From positions 1 to 64,000 of the IMG/VR virus record IMGVR_UViG_3300032038_000062: a stretch of 64,000 bases of DNA; one strand, written 5' to 3'. A program made the position numbers and the translations under genes. The notes beneath the pieces are model-generated. The model was given only the letters and a program-made list of their open reading frames with translations, was not told where the DNA came from and made no database searches. The DNA is from a virus. Positions 1-9,960 of the stretch are shown in pieces (positions within the stretch are counted from its first letter, which is position 1; each line of letters starts with the position of its first letter).

Positions 1-86
1 TGAATTAATTTTTTTAAAAGTTGAGAGTCTTTCTTCTAAGGCAGAGTTAGTATTTTGTTCATTTGTCTCTGGCATAATATCTCTCC

Positions 87-1910
87 TTAATTATAAAATA
101 TTAATTTACGCTTTCTACCCTTACGTTTATAAGTACGAGAGTATTCGTCCTCTAATTCTTTAATTCTCCAAAGTCCATAGGAAAGTGCAGAGAACTTATC
201 CTTTGGTTTATGAGCATTAATACGTTCAACAGTAACTTCTACCGTATTTGGTTTTAAACGTAAATTAGCCATTTCATCAAAAAGTTTAGTAGTAAGAGTA
301 TGTGGCATTAGACGCTCGATACGTTGATTGGGCGTCATCTTTTGTCCAACTTTCGTTGCTAATAATGCGCTTTTTGCTTCTTGTTCTTTAATTAAAAAAC
401 GTACTTTTCCACTGTTAATTCTTGTATAAGCATTACCATTGATAGCTGAAATTGGAGTCGCCGGAGAGCCATCATTTTTCTTAATACTACTATTACCAGC
501 TTTCATACCAATTAATATATTAATGGCATTACTTGGCTGTATCCTTTGATAGTTTCTATCATTTTTAAATCCATAAGCTGGATATACCTTACCATTTCCA
601 GCATAAGTTTCTTTAATCATCTCGTCTGCCAAGCCCACGCCTAGTCCATTCGTATCTATAACGACTTCGCGAGGATTATAAAGAGCAATAAGCTCTTTTA
701 AATCTGCGGCTTGCGCTGAGAATGTTTTTGTTTCTGGAGTTAATCCTAAAACGATAAGGTTGACTAAAGTAGAATAAAAGTATCCACTACTTTCTTGGAT
801 ATTAACTCTCCATACACAAACGACTGTTTGGTCTGAGAGTCTACCTACGTCCGTCGATAATAAGTAAAATTCGTTGGGGTTATGTCTATTAATTGCACGC
901 TTCTCTGGATTTTTTATTGTCCTATATCTGCTCAATTTATCAAAGTTAAACCAAGATTCGCTGCTGCCGCCGCCCCAAATTGACATATATTCTGATGCGA
1001 ATGACTGCTCACTATAAGATGGTGACATTTTAAGATTATTAATATAAAGTCTATCTAATAAACCGTGCATAACTGGGATTCTATAATCACAGCCAAAAAC
1101 AAAAGAATCTTGCGGGTTCATAATTGAATTTTCAAAAAAGTCTTTTAATTTATCGTAAGCAAAAGTTGCTTTTGAACCTGCGGATGTCATACAAATAACT
1201 TGACGATTTGGTTCTCTTGGGTTTACTGTGCCGTCTGGCTCTCTCCTAGATACATTTAAAAGCGGCAAAACAACTTCATTAATTTCTACCTCATCGTGGT
1301 CACGAATCTCGTCTATTAATCCCCCGTGCCTTCTTCCACCACGAGTACTATCTAAGGCACCTACAACATCAAACTGGCTCCCGTTTCTAAATTTTAATGT
1401 AACGTAGTCTTTTCCGAAATTACCTGGAGTATCACTAATATGACCCCCGATTATTTCTTTCCTAATCAATGGAAAAAGGTCATAAATTTCTAGAATCTTC
1501 TCTCTTGCAATTTGTGCCGCTTGGTTCTTATTAGGCGCGCAGATAAATCTTTTTGTTTTTGGAATAAATATACACTGGAGTATCATTCCCATAATCGAGA
1601 TAAAGCTTTTGCTGAACGCGCGACATGCGGTAATATACACCTCTTTGTATCTCATGACCGCGCGCAGTACAATTCTTTGGTAGAAATATAAATCAAAAGA
1701 ACTATCGGTAGGTTTGATTAAGTCTAAAAATAAATCTGGATACATTATAAAGTAATCAAAATAATCCCTAAGTAGTTGCTCGTTTTCTTCTAAAAAAGCA
1801 GGAGTAAGAATTACCCCTTTCGAGAGCGGCACATTTTCTCTTAATGTAACTTCTACTTTTTCTAAAGCCTCATTAATCTTTGTTTCAATTAAATTTTTCT
1901 TCTCTTTCAA
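87..1910 (-). CDS. terL: Terminase large subunit (ATPase plus RNase-H-like nuclease)
   Basis: 607 aa. N-terminal ATPase region with Walker-B-like LIDEI. C-terminal nuclease-like VVIDTNGLGVGLADE. Overall TerL-like architecture. Confidence 0.75.
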   Translation of the reverse strand: MKEKKNLIETKINEALEKVEVTLRENVPLSKGVILTPAFLEENEQLLRDYFDYFIMYPDLFLDLIKPTDSSFDLYFYQRIVLRAVMRYKEVYITACRAFSKSFISIMGMILQCIFIPKTKRFICAPNKNQAAQIAREKILEIYDLFPLIRKEIIGGHISDTPGNFGKDYVTLKFRNGSQFDVVGALDSTRGGRRHGGLIDEIRDHDEVEINEVVLPLLNVSRREPDGTVNPREPNRQVICMTSAGSKATFAYDKLKDFFENSIMNPQDSFVFGCDYRIPVMHGLLDRLYINNLKMSPSYSEQSFASEYMSIWGGGSSESWFNFDKLSRYRTIKNPEKRAINRHNPNEFYLLSTDVGRLSDQTVVCVWRVNIQESSGYFYSTLVNLIVLGLTPETKTFSAQAADLKELIALYNPREVVIDTNGLGVGLADEMIKETYAGNGKVYPAYGFKNDRNYQRIQPSNAINILIGMKAGNSSIKKNDGSPATPISAINGNAYTRINSGKVRFLIKEQEAKSALLATKVGQKMTPNQRIERLMPHTLTTKLFDEMANLRLKPNTVEVTVERINAHKPKDKFSALSYGLWRIKELEDEYSRTYKRKGRKRKLIFYN

Positions 1911-1922
1911 ACGAATACCTCC

Positions 1923-2927
1923 TTAAATTTCCGCGGAAAACTCATTAGGTATACCAGCCATTAAATCTTCATATCCGTCATTATCAAAGTTATCCATATC
2001 TTCATAATCTCTATTAAGTCCATACTCGTCGTCTTCTTTATATGTATTATTCTTCTCGTATTCTTGTAATTCTTTCAAGGACTCAATGCGACGACTAATT
2101 TCATCACCAATATTACTCTCATTAACATAAAGGCGTTGATTGAAATTCTGAATATTCTTTATCGTACTATCAACAATATCCCTTGTAACTCCATCATAGT
2201 AATGTGGTTTAAAGCCTCTCTTCGTCAACCAAACAACTAGCTCGCCCGCTGAGTCAAAGTCACTAGCGTTCTTCGCATTCTTTGGAGTAAATTCTGCCGC
2301 CTTTACTAACTTATCATAGGAATTTAAAAGTTTGTCGAAGTCAGAACCTTCTTGAATTTTTTTGTCGATTTCCAATGACATACGGCAAATTTTTAAGGCT
2401 TGGTCTTTCTGTAAAGAACTATTAATATTTTGAGTTGTGTTAATGCCCGCGTAGAGATTTTCTAGGTAGTGTAAGTCTTCCTTACAATATGGTCCCCACT
2501 TCTCTTGAAGTTTTCTAATGTGTTCTTCCGCTACCAAGGGTAGTTCTTCCTCTATCATACCGACTTCCTTTAATTTCTTAAATTCCTGGAAATACTGCCC
2601 CCAATCCAATCCTTCATATTCATCGCTTAGAAAAGCCTCAGCATATTTAGAAAAAGCTTGGTCGCCCGCTAATTCTCTAAAGTGCTCAAACTCTTTTGGA
2701 ATAAAAGGAATATCAGCATATTGGCAAAACTTATTAATAATCTCCCAACTAAAATCTTCCTCTTTTAATAACTTCGCCATACAGTCATTGCACATTGGAA
2801 GGTATCCATCTGGATAGAAGCGGGATTTAGTTCTAGTATAATTGTCTGCTCCGAATGTACCGGCGCATTGTGTACACGTCTTAAAGACAAAACCACTTGG
2901 TTTTTTAACTTTTGGTTGAATACCCAT
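1923..2927 (-). CDS. Hypothetical protein with N-terminal CxxC...CxxC zinc-binding motif
   Basis: 334-aa ORF, CTQCAG...CNDCMAK, tightly spaced after terL. Confidence 0.5.
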   Translation of the reverse strand: MGIQPKVKKPSGFVFKTCTQCAGTFGADNYTRTKSRFYPDGYLPMCNDCMAKLLKEEDFSWEIINKFCQYADIPFIPKEFEHFRELAGDQAFSKYAEAFLSDEYEGLDWGQYFQEFKKLKEVGMIEEELPLVAEEHIRKLQEKWGPYCKEDLHYLENLYAGINTTQNINSSLQKDQALKICRMSLEIDKKIQEGSDFDKLLNSYDKLVKAAEFTPKNAKNASDFDSAGELVVWLTKRGFKPHYYDGVTRDIVDSTIKNIQNFNQRLYVNESNIGDEISRRIESLKELQEYEKNNTYKEDDEYGLNRDYEDMDNFDNDGYEDLMAGIPNEFSAEI

Positions 2928-3403
2928 TATTCCTCACTTCCTTTTCCTTTCTTTTCCGTTTTTGCGCTCTTAACAATTTGAATAAGATTTTTCTTTTGGC
3001 GCGTAGTGAGATTTTGGAAAGATTCTAGAACTTCGCCAAAGATAAGGTAAGCATCCTTGGGAGTAGTTGAAATCTTAAAACGAGTTTCTCCTTCCTCAAT
3101 AATTTTGGTGAGTTTCTTCTTGAGTTCGAGAGCGGTTTTTTCTTCTTCTGTTCCTTCCTCTAAAATTTTTCGCTCCGCCGCTAAATCTTTTTCTTCTTCC
3201 TCTTTCGTATATTCTATTTTTTCTTCTGTTATAATAGGAATATTGAGAAAGCACGCGACGCCTAAAAAGCTAAGCTCGTCTAACTCTAAAATTCCCTTTA
3301 AAAAGCTATCAAAAAGTTTTTGTTCTTTCTTCTTTCTTTCTAATACTTTCATAATACTATTTTGTTTCCTCCTTCTTTTTTCCTCCCCTAATCTCTTTCT
3401 CAC
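2927..3403 (-). CDS. Hypothetical highly charged (K/E-rich) protein
   Basis: 158-aa ORF; start overlaps the upstream gene's stop (ATGA). Confidence 0.4.
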   Translation of the reverse strand: MRKRLGEEKRRRKQNSIMKVLERKKKEQKLFDSFLKGILELDELSFLGVACFLNIPIITEEKIEYTKEEEEKDLAAERKILEEGTEEEKTALELKKKLTKIIEEGETRFKISTTPKDAYLIFGEVLESFQNLTTRQKKNLIQIVKSAKTEKKGKGSEE

Positions 3404-4688
3404 AACTCTTACAACGATTTGAGAATCCGTCTTTCGCTCTTCCTTTCCTCATAAAAAAGTTTGAATCGAGAAGGAGCGTTCTGCCGCAGCGCGCGCAAGT
3501 TTTGAAATTTTCGGGGAAGAAAATATTTCCTATGACTAAGTAATGAAGTTCTGCCGCTTCGTTAATTTTTTTGATGATTTGTTGACGAAAAATTGTTGAA
3601 ATATAGTTGACGGTATAAGAGCGTGAGTATTTTTCGTTAATAAAGTCTGCGATTTTTTGGTTTGGATATTTTTTGATTTTAAGAGAGAGAATATCTCGGT
3701 GAATTGGCGTTAAGTCCGCCATACTAATATAGAAGTTGAGAGTGTCGAGAAGTTCTTGACTAAGGCCTTCGACTTGTGGGGTTTGGGCGGAGTCCTCGAT
3801 ATCGTAGTAGGAAAGAAAAAGTTGGTAAACGTGTTCGAGTTCTCGAAAATCGAAGAAAAGAGGATTTTCTTTCTCGTTGCGCGACCAGTAGATTTGGGAA
3901 ATAGAGGCTAGTTCTTTTTCGGAGAAAGACTTGGGGTCAAGGTTATGGAAATCGGAAAAGAGTTTTTTTGAGGTTTGGTCTTTCTTTTGAAAGATGCCAA
4001 GTGGATAGACTGGGATATCGTAATCGAAAGTTAGGAACTCGGGATGGAATTGAGGTTGCGGAAGAATTGATTGGAGAGGTTCAGAGTAGGAATCGCGAAG
4101 AGAGAATTGTTCTCGGCGCTTTTCTACGAGAAGGTGGCGAAGTTTAAGATATTGGAAAGGATTAAGGGACTTGGCGCGAAGTTCAAGTTTTTCTTTTTCC
4201 TCGTCGGAAAAACGAGAAAGAAGTTCAGAACGGGGAGGAGTCTTTCTCTTCCCACTCTTAATATCGTAGTAGTTTAGGAGAAGATCGAGAGAGTCGATTT
4301 CTAGAAAGAGTTCGGAGAATTTTTCTTTTAGGGGAGTGGGAGCTTTTAAGAGAGCTTCCTCTCGATTAAAGGTTTCTTTCTTAATTTTGAGTGGGGGAGA
4401 AGAAGGAGATAGGATTACTTGTTCGTTAAAAGTTGGGGTTTCGAGAAGAGCGTCTAAAGATTCTTCTTCGTTCTTTCTATTCCAAGTCTTATTTTTAGTT
4501 TCGATATTAATTTCTTTTTTTTGGACTAGGTTTTTTCCGTCTTTTTCTTTTCCCCAAAGTATATAGTTAGCACAAGTTTCTTTCTCTTCGGGAGTTAAAG
4601 AGAAGTTAATTGAGTTTAGGTAGTTATGAAGAAACTCGGTGCGTTCTTCGATTGTGTCTATTGAGAAGTTTAGTTTAAGTCTATTCAT
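3357..4688 (-). CDS. Hypothetical protein with C-terminal zinc ribbon (CARCG...CKSCEK)
   Basis: 443-aa ORF, first gene of the leftward operon, RBS AGGAGG upstream. Confidence 0.5.
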   Translation of the reverse strand: MNRLKLNFSIDTIEERTEFLHNYLNSINFSLTPEEKETCANYILWGKEKDGKNLVQKKEINIETKNKTWNRKNEEESLDALLETPTFNEQVILSPSSPPLKIKKETFNREEALLKAPTPLKEKFSELFLEIDSLDLLLNYYDIKSGKRKTPPRSELLSRFSDEEKEKLELRAKSLNPFQYLKLRHLLVEKRREQFSLRDSYSEPLQSILPQPQFHPEFLTFDYDIPVYPLGIFQKKDQTSKKLFSDFHNLDPKSFSEKELASISQIYWSRNEKENPLFFDFRELEHVYQLFLSYYDIEDSAQTPQVEGLSQELLDTLNFYISMADLTPIHRDILSLKIKKYPNQKIADFINEKYSRSYTVNYISTIFRQQIIKKINEAAELHYLVIGNIFFPENFKTCARCGRTLLLDSNFFMRKGRAKDGFSNRCKSCEKEIRGGKKKEETK

Positions 4689-4913
4689 TATAGCCTCCTA
4701 TTATAATTTTCCCTCTATTAATATTATACCATAGGGTACATTAGTTTGTCAATTTTTAATTTCGTGAAAATTTATGATGTTAAATTTCAATTTTTAATTT
4801 CGTGAAAATTTTGTAGCAGACCCCGTAGGTCGATTACCAAAAATTGGCAAATTTCCTAAAATATACCCCTGTCAATGGGTAAAAAAATAAAGCGGCATAA
4901 AACCGCCTTACTT

Positions 4914-5237
4914 TTATATTATTTCATTTTCCTCGGTTAGATAAATTAAAAACCAGTATAAAATAAATTTTCTATCCTTAATACAGTTGTCAAGAAAAAA
5001 CCATTTGACCTCTGTTTTTGTTTTTCCTCTTGTAAATTCCGCCAAAAGTATTTTGATTTCTTTTCCGGTCTTTTCCTCTAAAAAATCAATGTTGTATTGT
5101 TCCTCTTTCGGGTTAATGATAATATCACCTTTCCAGTATTCCGTAATAAAATCAATTAAATAGATATAGCTTTTTGTCATTGTTAAAACCCCTTTACTTA
5201 AATAAAAATGTTTTGTTTTTCTTGCTAGGGCTTGCAA
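4914..5237 (-). CDS. Hypothetical protein. The real start is probably MTKSY near 5188.
   Basis: ORF plus conserved leader CATTTTTATTTAAGTAAAGGGG before the internal ATG. Terminator hairpin downstream at 4880-4912. Confidence 0.4.
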   Translation of the reverse strand: MQALARKTKHFYLSKGVLTMTKSYIYLIDFITEYWKGDIIINPKEEQYNIDFLEEKTGKEIKILLAEFTRGKTKTEVKWFFLDNCIKDRKFILYWFLIYLTEENEII

Positions 5238-5266
5238 GGCATTTCACCTTGCAAGCCTTATTTTTT

Positions 5267-5899
5267 TTACTTGCTGATACCGTACCATTCAATAAAATCA
5301 TCAAAAGTAATTCCATTAAAAAATAAATCACTTGTAAACTTTTCAAACTTGCTCTTGCTATTAGTAAAAGATTGTATTGACAAAATGTCATAATACCATG
5401 CGCCGCCGCTCTTTTTAACAGTATTCATATAGCCGCTAACTTTCTTGCGAATTAAGCCGTTATTTTTAAGGATATCCATAAAGTCGGATATCTCAAAAAA
5501 TAACACTTGCTTTTTAACGCTCTCTGACGGATAAAACCGCGGTACATACGCGATAAAATCACTTTTCATTAAAGGGCTTGAAGCGATAGAGCCGTCGCTA
5601 TTAAGTGTCGCCAAAGTGCCCGCGCCGCTCTTAATTTCAATTTTAACTTGCTTTCTTTTTTCGCCGTCTTTTTGATACTTTATGCAATCAAATTTGTTAT
5701 TGCCTTGTACCTCTTTAGAGCGGCTATACAAACCTAATTCAAAGTTAACAGCGCGTTCTAAAGCTCTGCCCTCAGCGCCGCTATTAACGCCTTTTTGCGC
5801 TTTTACATGAACATTCACATTTTGCGCGTATTCTAGATACTGTGCAAGCATAGCCGCCGCGATTGCTTTTTTAGTATTGCTGTTGTTGTTGTTTTTCAT
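5267..5899 (-). CDS. Hypothetical protein
   Basis: 210-aa ORF. Shares the 5' leader CATTTTTATTTAAGTAAAGGAG with the 4914 gene. Confidence 0.5.
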   Translation of the reverse strand: MKNNNNSNTKKAIAAAMLAQYLEYAQNVNVHVKAQKGVNSGAEGRALERAVNFELGLYSRSKEVQGNNKFDCIKYQKDGEKRKQVKIEIKSGAGTLATLNSDGSIASSPLMKSDFIAYVPRFYPSESVKKQVLFFEISDFMDILKNNGLIRKKVSGYMNTVKKSGGAWYYDILSIQSFTNSKSKFEKFTSDLFFNGITFDDFIEWYGISK

Positions 5900-6139
5900 T
5901 TTGTTTTTCTCCTTTACTTAAATAAAAATGTTTGGTTTTTGTGCTTTCGCTGCGCTTATTCTATCAGAAAAAAAGACCTTTTACAAGTATTTTCTTGTTT
6001 AGTCAATAATTAAATATTGCACTTTATTAAAACCGCAAGATAGTATTCGTCAATATACACAAAATGAAGTCTAACAAGTCTAAACGGTCTAAAAATGGCT
6101 TATCTATGCGGTTTTAGACCTATTAAGTCTAATACTAAT

Positions 6140-6168
6140 TTGCATTTATCGGGATAATGTGGTATAAT
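6140..6168 (+). promoter_or_regulatory. First early promoter, TTGCAT-N17-TATAAT
   Basis: -35 at 6140-6145, 17-bp spacer, -10 at 6163-6168, extended TG. Sits after the divergent intergenic region. Confidence 0.55.
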
Positions 6169-6191
6169 AATAAGCGAAATGGGGGATTAAA

Positions 6192-6419
6192 ATGAAAATC
6201 TTTGTGAAAAATGACAGTAAGAAAAAGTATTACAATAATGTAATAAACCGCTTAAATAATTACAAAAATGTAATAGAAAAGTTACAAAATGCCCTTAAAA
6301 TATTACAAAAAAGTTACAAGGTTGTAATAAGTATCTCCCTCTGGGCGCTCGACCGGTGTCTGCCGGACAGGTGCGGGCGTATGCCCTCAGTGGCGTCCCG
6401 TGTCAGTATATACGTCTAA
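6192..6419 (+). CDS. Hypothetical small protein. The 3' half runs through a GC-rich hairpin island.
   Basis: 75-aa ORF with RBS GGGGGA. Coding status of the GC-rich second half is uncertain. Confidence 0.4.
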   Translation: MKIFVKNDSKKKYYNNVINRLNNYKNVIEKLQNALKILQKSYKVVISISLWALDRCLPDRCGRMPSVASRVSIYV

Positions 6420-6638
6420 AGGAGCTGCGTTTGGGGACCTGGGAGCTGCGTTTGGCAGCGCGGGCAGCTGCGTTTCAAAAGAAGCTACGCTTTAAAGGGA
6501 GCTACGTCTAAGCGGAGCGTTGCCGCTGTAGGAGCTACAATTTTAGACTATTAAAGTCTAAGAGGAAAAAATAAACTATTGACTTTTTTATAAAAGAGTG
6601 ATATAATAATTATAGAATAAAGAAAGGGGATAAACCTA

Positions 6639-6905
6639 ATGGCAAGATACAAACTTACTTTTACAGACACAGAAACTGGTACAACTTATTTGCTTGATGA
6701 TAATATGCCCAGCTATGACAGCGCGGTTTTTGCCGCTTTGGATTATGTCGCGGACGGCGCAGTCAAAGCGGGCGAAAGTGGCGACACTGCCGCAGAAGTA
6801 AGGCTTTTTAACGCTGGACTTTCCATGGCTATAGAGTTCGCCGGAATGGCTGGGCTTGACTGCGCGAGTTGCTGCGGCTTTACCATCACAAGGAAAGGAG
6901 AATAA
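6639..6905 (+). CDS. Hypothetical early protein
   Basis: 88 aa, RBS AAAGGGGA, preceded by palindrome plus promoter. Confidence 0.55.
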   Translation: MARYKLTFTDTETGTTYLLDDNMPSYDSAVFAALDYVADGAVKAGESGDTAAEVRLFNAGLSMAIEFAGMAGLDCASCCGFTITRKGE

Positions 6906-7037
6906 AAGAGATTGCGCCAAGCGCAATCTTTCTGCCCTTAGGCTTCTAAAGTCTAAATTATTCTACTTTTAATCTTGACAATATTATTATAGTATGATAT
7001 AATATAGATAAAGTAAAAGAAAGGAAAAAGAGTAATT

Positions 7038-7298
7038 ATGGTTTATGTAATGACGTATCATACGCCTGTGGGCAACTTTTTGAGTGCTTGGAGTTCAAGG
7101 GACGCCGCTATTGAAGCTGTTTACACAATGATTGTAAATGGATATAAAGAAGCAAAGGCAGAAGGAAATGACAAAGCGGCAAACGAATTTTATGATATGG
7201 GATTGAAAGCTAATAAAGCATTTGCCGCTGGCAAGAATGACTTTGAGAGATGGCAGATTATTCCCTTGGAGATGGATACATTAGTTCAAGACGACTAA
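7038..7298 (+). CDS. Hypothetical early protein
   Basis: 86 aa, RBS AAAGGAAAAAGAG, own promoter. Confidence 0.55.
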   Translation: MVYVMTYHTPVGNFLSAWSSRDAAIEAVYTMIVNGYKEAKAEGNDKAANEFYDMGLKANKAFAAGKNDFERWQIIPLEMDTLVQDD

Positions 7299-7326
7299 GG
7301 TTATAGGTGACCATAACCTTTTTTCT

Positions 7327-7381
7327 TTAGACTTCTAAAGTCTAAGCAGAGATTGACAAAAGAAAAGAGATATGATATAAT
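7327..7381 (+). promoter_or_regulatory. Palindrome TTAGACTTCTAAAGTCTAA (7327-7345) plus early promoter TTGACA-N17-TATAAT (7353-7381)
   Basis: Representative of about 21 such units. Read directly. Confidence 0.7.
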
Positions 7382-7407
7382 ATGGATAGAATAAAGGAGG
7401 AGATATT

Positions 7408-7764
7408 ATGAAAGAAAAGAAAAAGAAAGAGAAAGATAACTTCCGTTTCTTTTTCATGACTATAAGTATACTTACTGCTGTAGTTGTTATTCTTGTGGGA
7501 TTTGTCGTAGTGATTTTGGAGTATAACACATCAATAGCGAGAATAAAAGTAAACATCTATCCGCTTTTAACCACAGTCACAGGAGTAGACAGAGATAAAG
7601 ACCTCGTAACCGTAGAAGATAATAACGGCTTTATCTGGCAGTTCGAAGGCGCAGATGATTGGGAAGAAGGCGACTTATGTAATTGCCTTATGGATAGCCA
7701 AGGAACAGAAAAAATTTTTGATGATGAAATTATAATGACAAAATATGAAAGCGGCGCGAGGTAG
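7408..7764 (+). CDS. Hypothetical membrane protein (one TM)
   Basis: 118 aa, RBS AAAGGAGGAG, hydrophobic segment ILTAVVVILVGFVVVIL. Confidence 0.55.
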   Translation: MKEKKKKEKDNFRFFFMTISILTAVVVILVGFVVVILEYNTSIARIKVNIYPLLTTVTGVDRDKDLVTVEDNNGFIWQFEGADDWEEGDLCNCLMDSQGTEKIFDDEIIMTKYESGAR

Positions 7765-7904
7765 CGCCCTTTCTTTCTTATTTTAGTTTAGACTTCTAAA
7801 GTCTAAGATTTTCTTGGAATTTTTTGGAAAAAATTTTTTGGAATTTTTCTTAAAATATATTAATTTCCTAAAATTAAGGGTTGACATTTTCCCATAATTA
7901 TGGT

Positions 7905-8100
7905 ATAATATAGACAATGAAAGAGAGAGAGAAGGGAATGATTCCAATGTGGTTGTAATTCACTAAACAATTCAATCAATAAACCATTCGATTGATAAAC
8001 CAGATGTACCAGACAGAAAGGGTTAAAGCAATGGCAAGAGATTCTCCCAATTAAGATAATATTGATATTTTGCTACGGAGGGGAATAATCCCCTTCTTTT
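7905..8100 (+). ncRNA. Candidate small non-coding RNA (promoter-to-terminator unit with no ORF)
   Basis: Early promoter GGGTTGACA...TGGTATAATATAGAC at 7868-7905. About 180 nt with only a 13-codon ORF. Strong terminator GGAGGGGAATAATCCCCTTCTTTTTT at 8073-8100. Confidence 0.45.
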
Positions 8101-8263
8101 TTATGTATTTTTAGACTTCTAAAGTCTAAGGACAAAAAATTATTTTGAAAAAGTAGTTGACTTTTTTATAACTCTATGATATAATATAGATACAGTCAAG
8201 GGAGATAGAAACCGACTGAATATAAAATTTGGGTGGCGACCGTCGCTAAAGGAGTTTTTATAA

Positions 8264-8616
8264 TGGCAGAAAAGAAGTACACACAGAGAGATTTTCTCAC
8301 AGATGTAATTAATGGAGTATTTAACGAAACCGTGACCGGCTACGCTCAGGAGCGCCTCAATAAGCTCGACGAGAAGAACGAGAAGCGCAAGGCAGAAACT
8401 TCTGCTAATCAGCTTAAAAACGCCCAGCTTTTGGAGGACTTCGTAACATTCATCACCGAGCAGGAGGAGCCGCAGACCACAACCGAAATTGCTAACCACT
8501 TCGGCTTGTCAACTCAGAAGGTTGCCCCGATTATGGCTAACGGCGTAAAGACCGAGCGCGTGACCGAAACCACGAAAACGGTCAACAAGAAGAAGTACAA
8601 GGCATACACCGCCTAA
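8264..8616 (+). CDS. Winged-helix DNA-binding protein, paralog A
   Basis: 117 aa from ATG 8264 with RBS AAAGGAG. C-terminal TTTEIANHFGLSTQKVAPIMANGVKTERV resembles a wHTH recognition helix plus wing. Paralog of 11769..12116. Confidence 0.6.
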
Positions 8617-8802
8617 GAAAGGAAAGGGTTACAAGTTTGTAACCCTTTTTCTCTTTTCCCTCCTTAGACTTCATATGTCTAACATATTTTTTATATTTTT
8701 AATAAAATATTAGTAATTAATTTGTATAATTTTTTGACTTTTATAGAAAAAACAATTATAATAATAGTAGAAAGAATGGAAAGAAAGGGAGGTTATAGCT
8801 CA

Positions 8803-8973
8803 ATGATTTGCAAAGTCAAGGAAAGTTTTGAACTATCAGAAATAGAGAAAAAAGTTTATGCTGATTTCCAAGAAATTCTAATTCAAATGAAAGAGGTTGC
8901 AACTGTTTCTGATACAAGACATTTAATTGAAACTATTTATTGTGACTTAGTAACTTTAATACCTCAGGTTTAG
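8803..8973 (+). CDS. Hypothetical small early protein
   Basis: 56 aa from ATG 8803 with RBS AAAGGGAGG. The upstream part of the 8722 ORF overlaps the promoter. Confidence 0.45.
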   Translation: MICKVKESFELSEIEKKVYADFQEILIQMKEVATVSDTRHLIETIYCDLVTLIPQV

Positions 8974-9075
8974 ACTTTAGAAGTCTAAGAAAATAGTATT
9001 TTTTCAAAAAAATAATTGACAAATAAAATTTTTTATGATATAATAATTATAGAAAATTGAAAGGAGGCTATTTTA

Positions 9076-9468
9076 ATGGCTACATCAAAAACTGCTTTGC
9101 GTGAAAAAGTGAGAAATTTTTATCTTGATAAAATCACAAAATTTCTTGACGGCGAGGGCGAAGAAATTTTGATGATTAAAACAAATCAATTTTGTTTTCC
9201 TGTGGTTGATGATGAAGGGAATGAATTGTTTATAAAAGTTGTTGTTTCTGTACCGAACGGCTCGAAGGACAAGAACGGTGCTACAATTCCCTTTGACGGC
9301 TACGGAGAGGCAATTGGTTATGAAACTGAGAAAAAGCAAAAAGAGGAAAAGAAAGCAGAGAAGGCAAAGAAAAAAGCCGAAAAAATGGAGCGTGACAGAT
9401 TGGAACGCCAGAGAAAGAAAGAACAGCAGGCAAACAAAGAAAAATACAGAGAGGGAAAAGGGGCATAA
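9076..9468 (+). CDS. Lys-rich early protein, paralog A (C-terminal K/E/R tail ending KGKGA)
   Basis: 130 aa. Paralog of 14235..14597, sharing the start of the N-terminal domain and the tail. Confidence 0.6.
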   Translation: MATSKTALREKVRNFYLDKITKFLDGEGEEILMIKTNQFCFPVVDDEGNELFIKVVVSVPNGSKDKNGATIPFDGYGEAIGYETEKKQKEEKKAEKAKKKAEKMERDRLERQRKKEQQANKEKYREGKGA

Positions 9469-9578
9469 AAACCCCTTTTTTCTCTAAAGGAATTTTAGAC
9501 TTCTAAAGTCTAAACAAGGGTTGACTTTTCTTTTATTGTATGATATAATATAACTACAGTAAGAAAAGGAGTGATTAA

Positions 9579-9779
9579 ATGTATATTGTAAAAAGACCGC
9601 AAGTTGTTTTAACAACTAAAGACCTTCAGGCAATCCGCACAACTATGCTGATATTAGATGAAGTTCTCGACAAGGACGATAACCTTGTGCTTGATATTGA
9701 TACTTCTTCAATAGCAAGGGCTTATGAAACTTTATGCGAGTTTGTTAAAGATTGCGAGATAGATGAGGAGGAAGAATAA
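9579..9779 (+). CDS. Hypothetical acidic early protein
   Basis: 66 aa, RBS AAAAGGAG. Confidence 0.5.
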   Translation: MYIVKRPQVVLTTKDLQAIRTTMLILDEVLDKDDNLVLDIDTSSIARAYETLCEFVKDCEIDEEEE

Positions 9780-9960
9780 AATGATGATTATTTGCGCAAT
9801 TTTTATTGCTGTCGGCATTATCGCTACGGTTGTCACCGCTATTAAGATTGATTTAAGTCACGACCCCACGCCGCCGCTGATTTTGTTTTTCTTTATAAGC
9901 GCAATCGTTACATTAAGCGCTATTGTCAGTTTTATCGTTGGTCATTTTACAGGAGTATGA
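9780..9960 (+). CDS. Small membrane protein (two TM)
   Basis: Start MMII with RBS GAGGAGG in the stop region of the upstream gene (translational coupling). Confidence 0.5.

Noticed and set aside
2518-4566. Plus-strand ORFs (2518..2817, 3057..3422, 4071..4277, 4336..4566) antisense to the leftward genes
   Set aside because: Low-complexity Ser/Phe/Leu-rich translations typical of antisense frames of AT-rich genes. No RBS. Fully embedded in better-supported minus-strand genes.
6636-6926. Minus-strand 96-aa ORF overlapping the early gene 6639..6905
   Set aside because: Mirror ORF of a plus-strand gene that has promoter, RBS and terminator. There are no expression signals on the minus strand.
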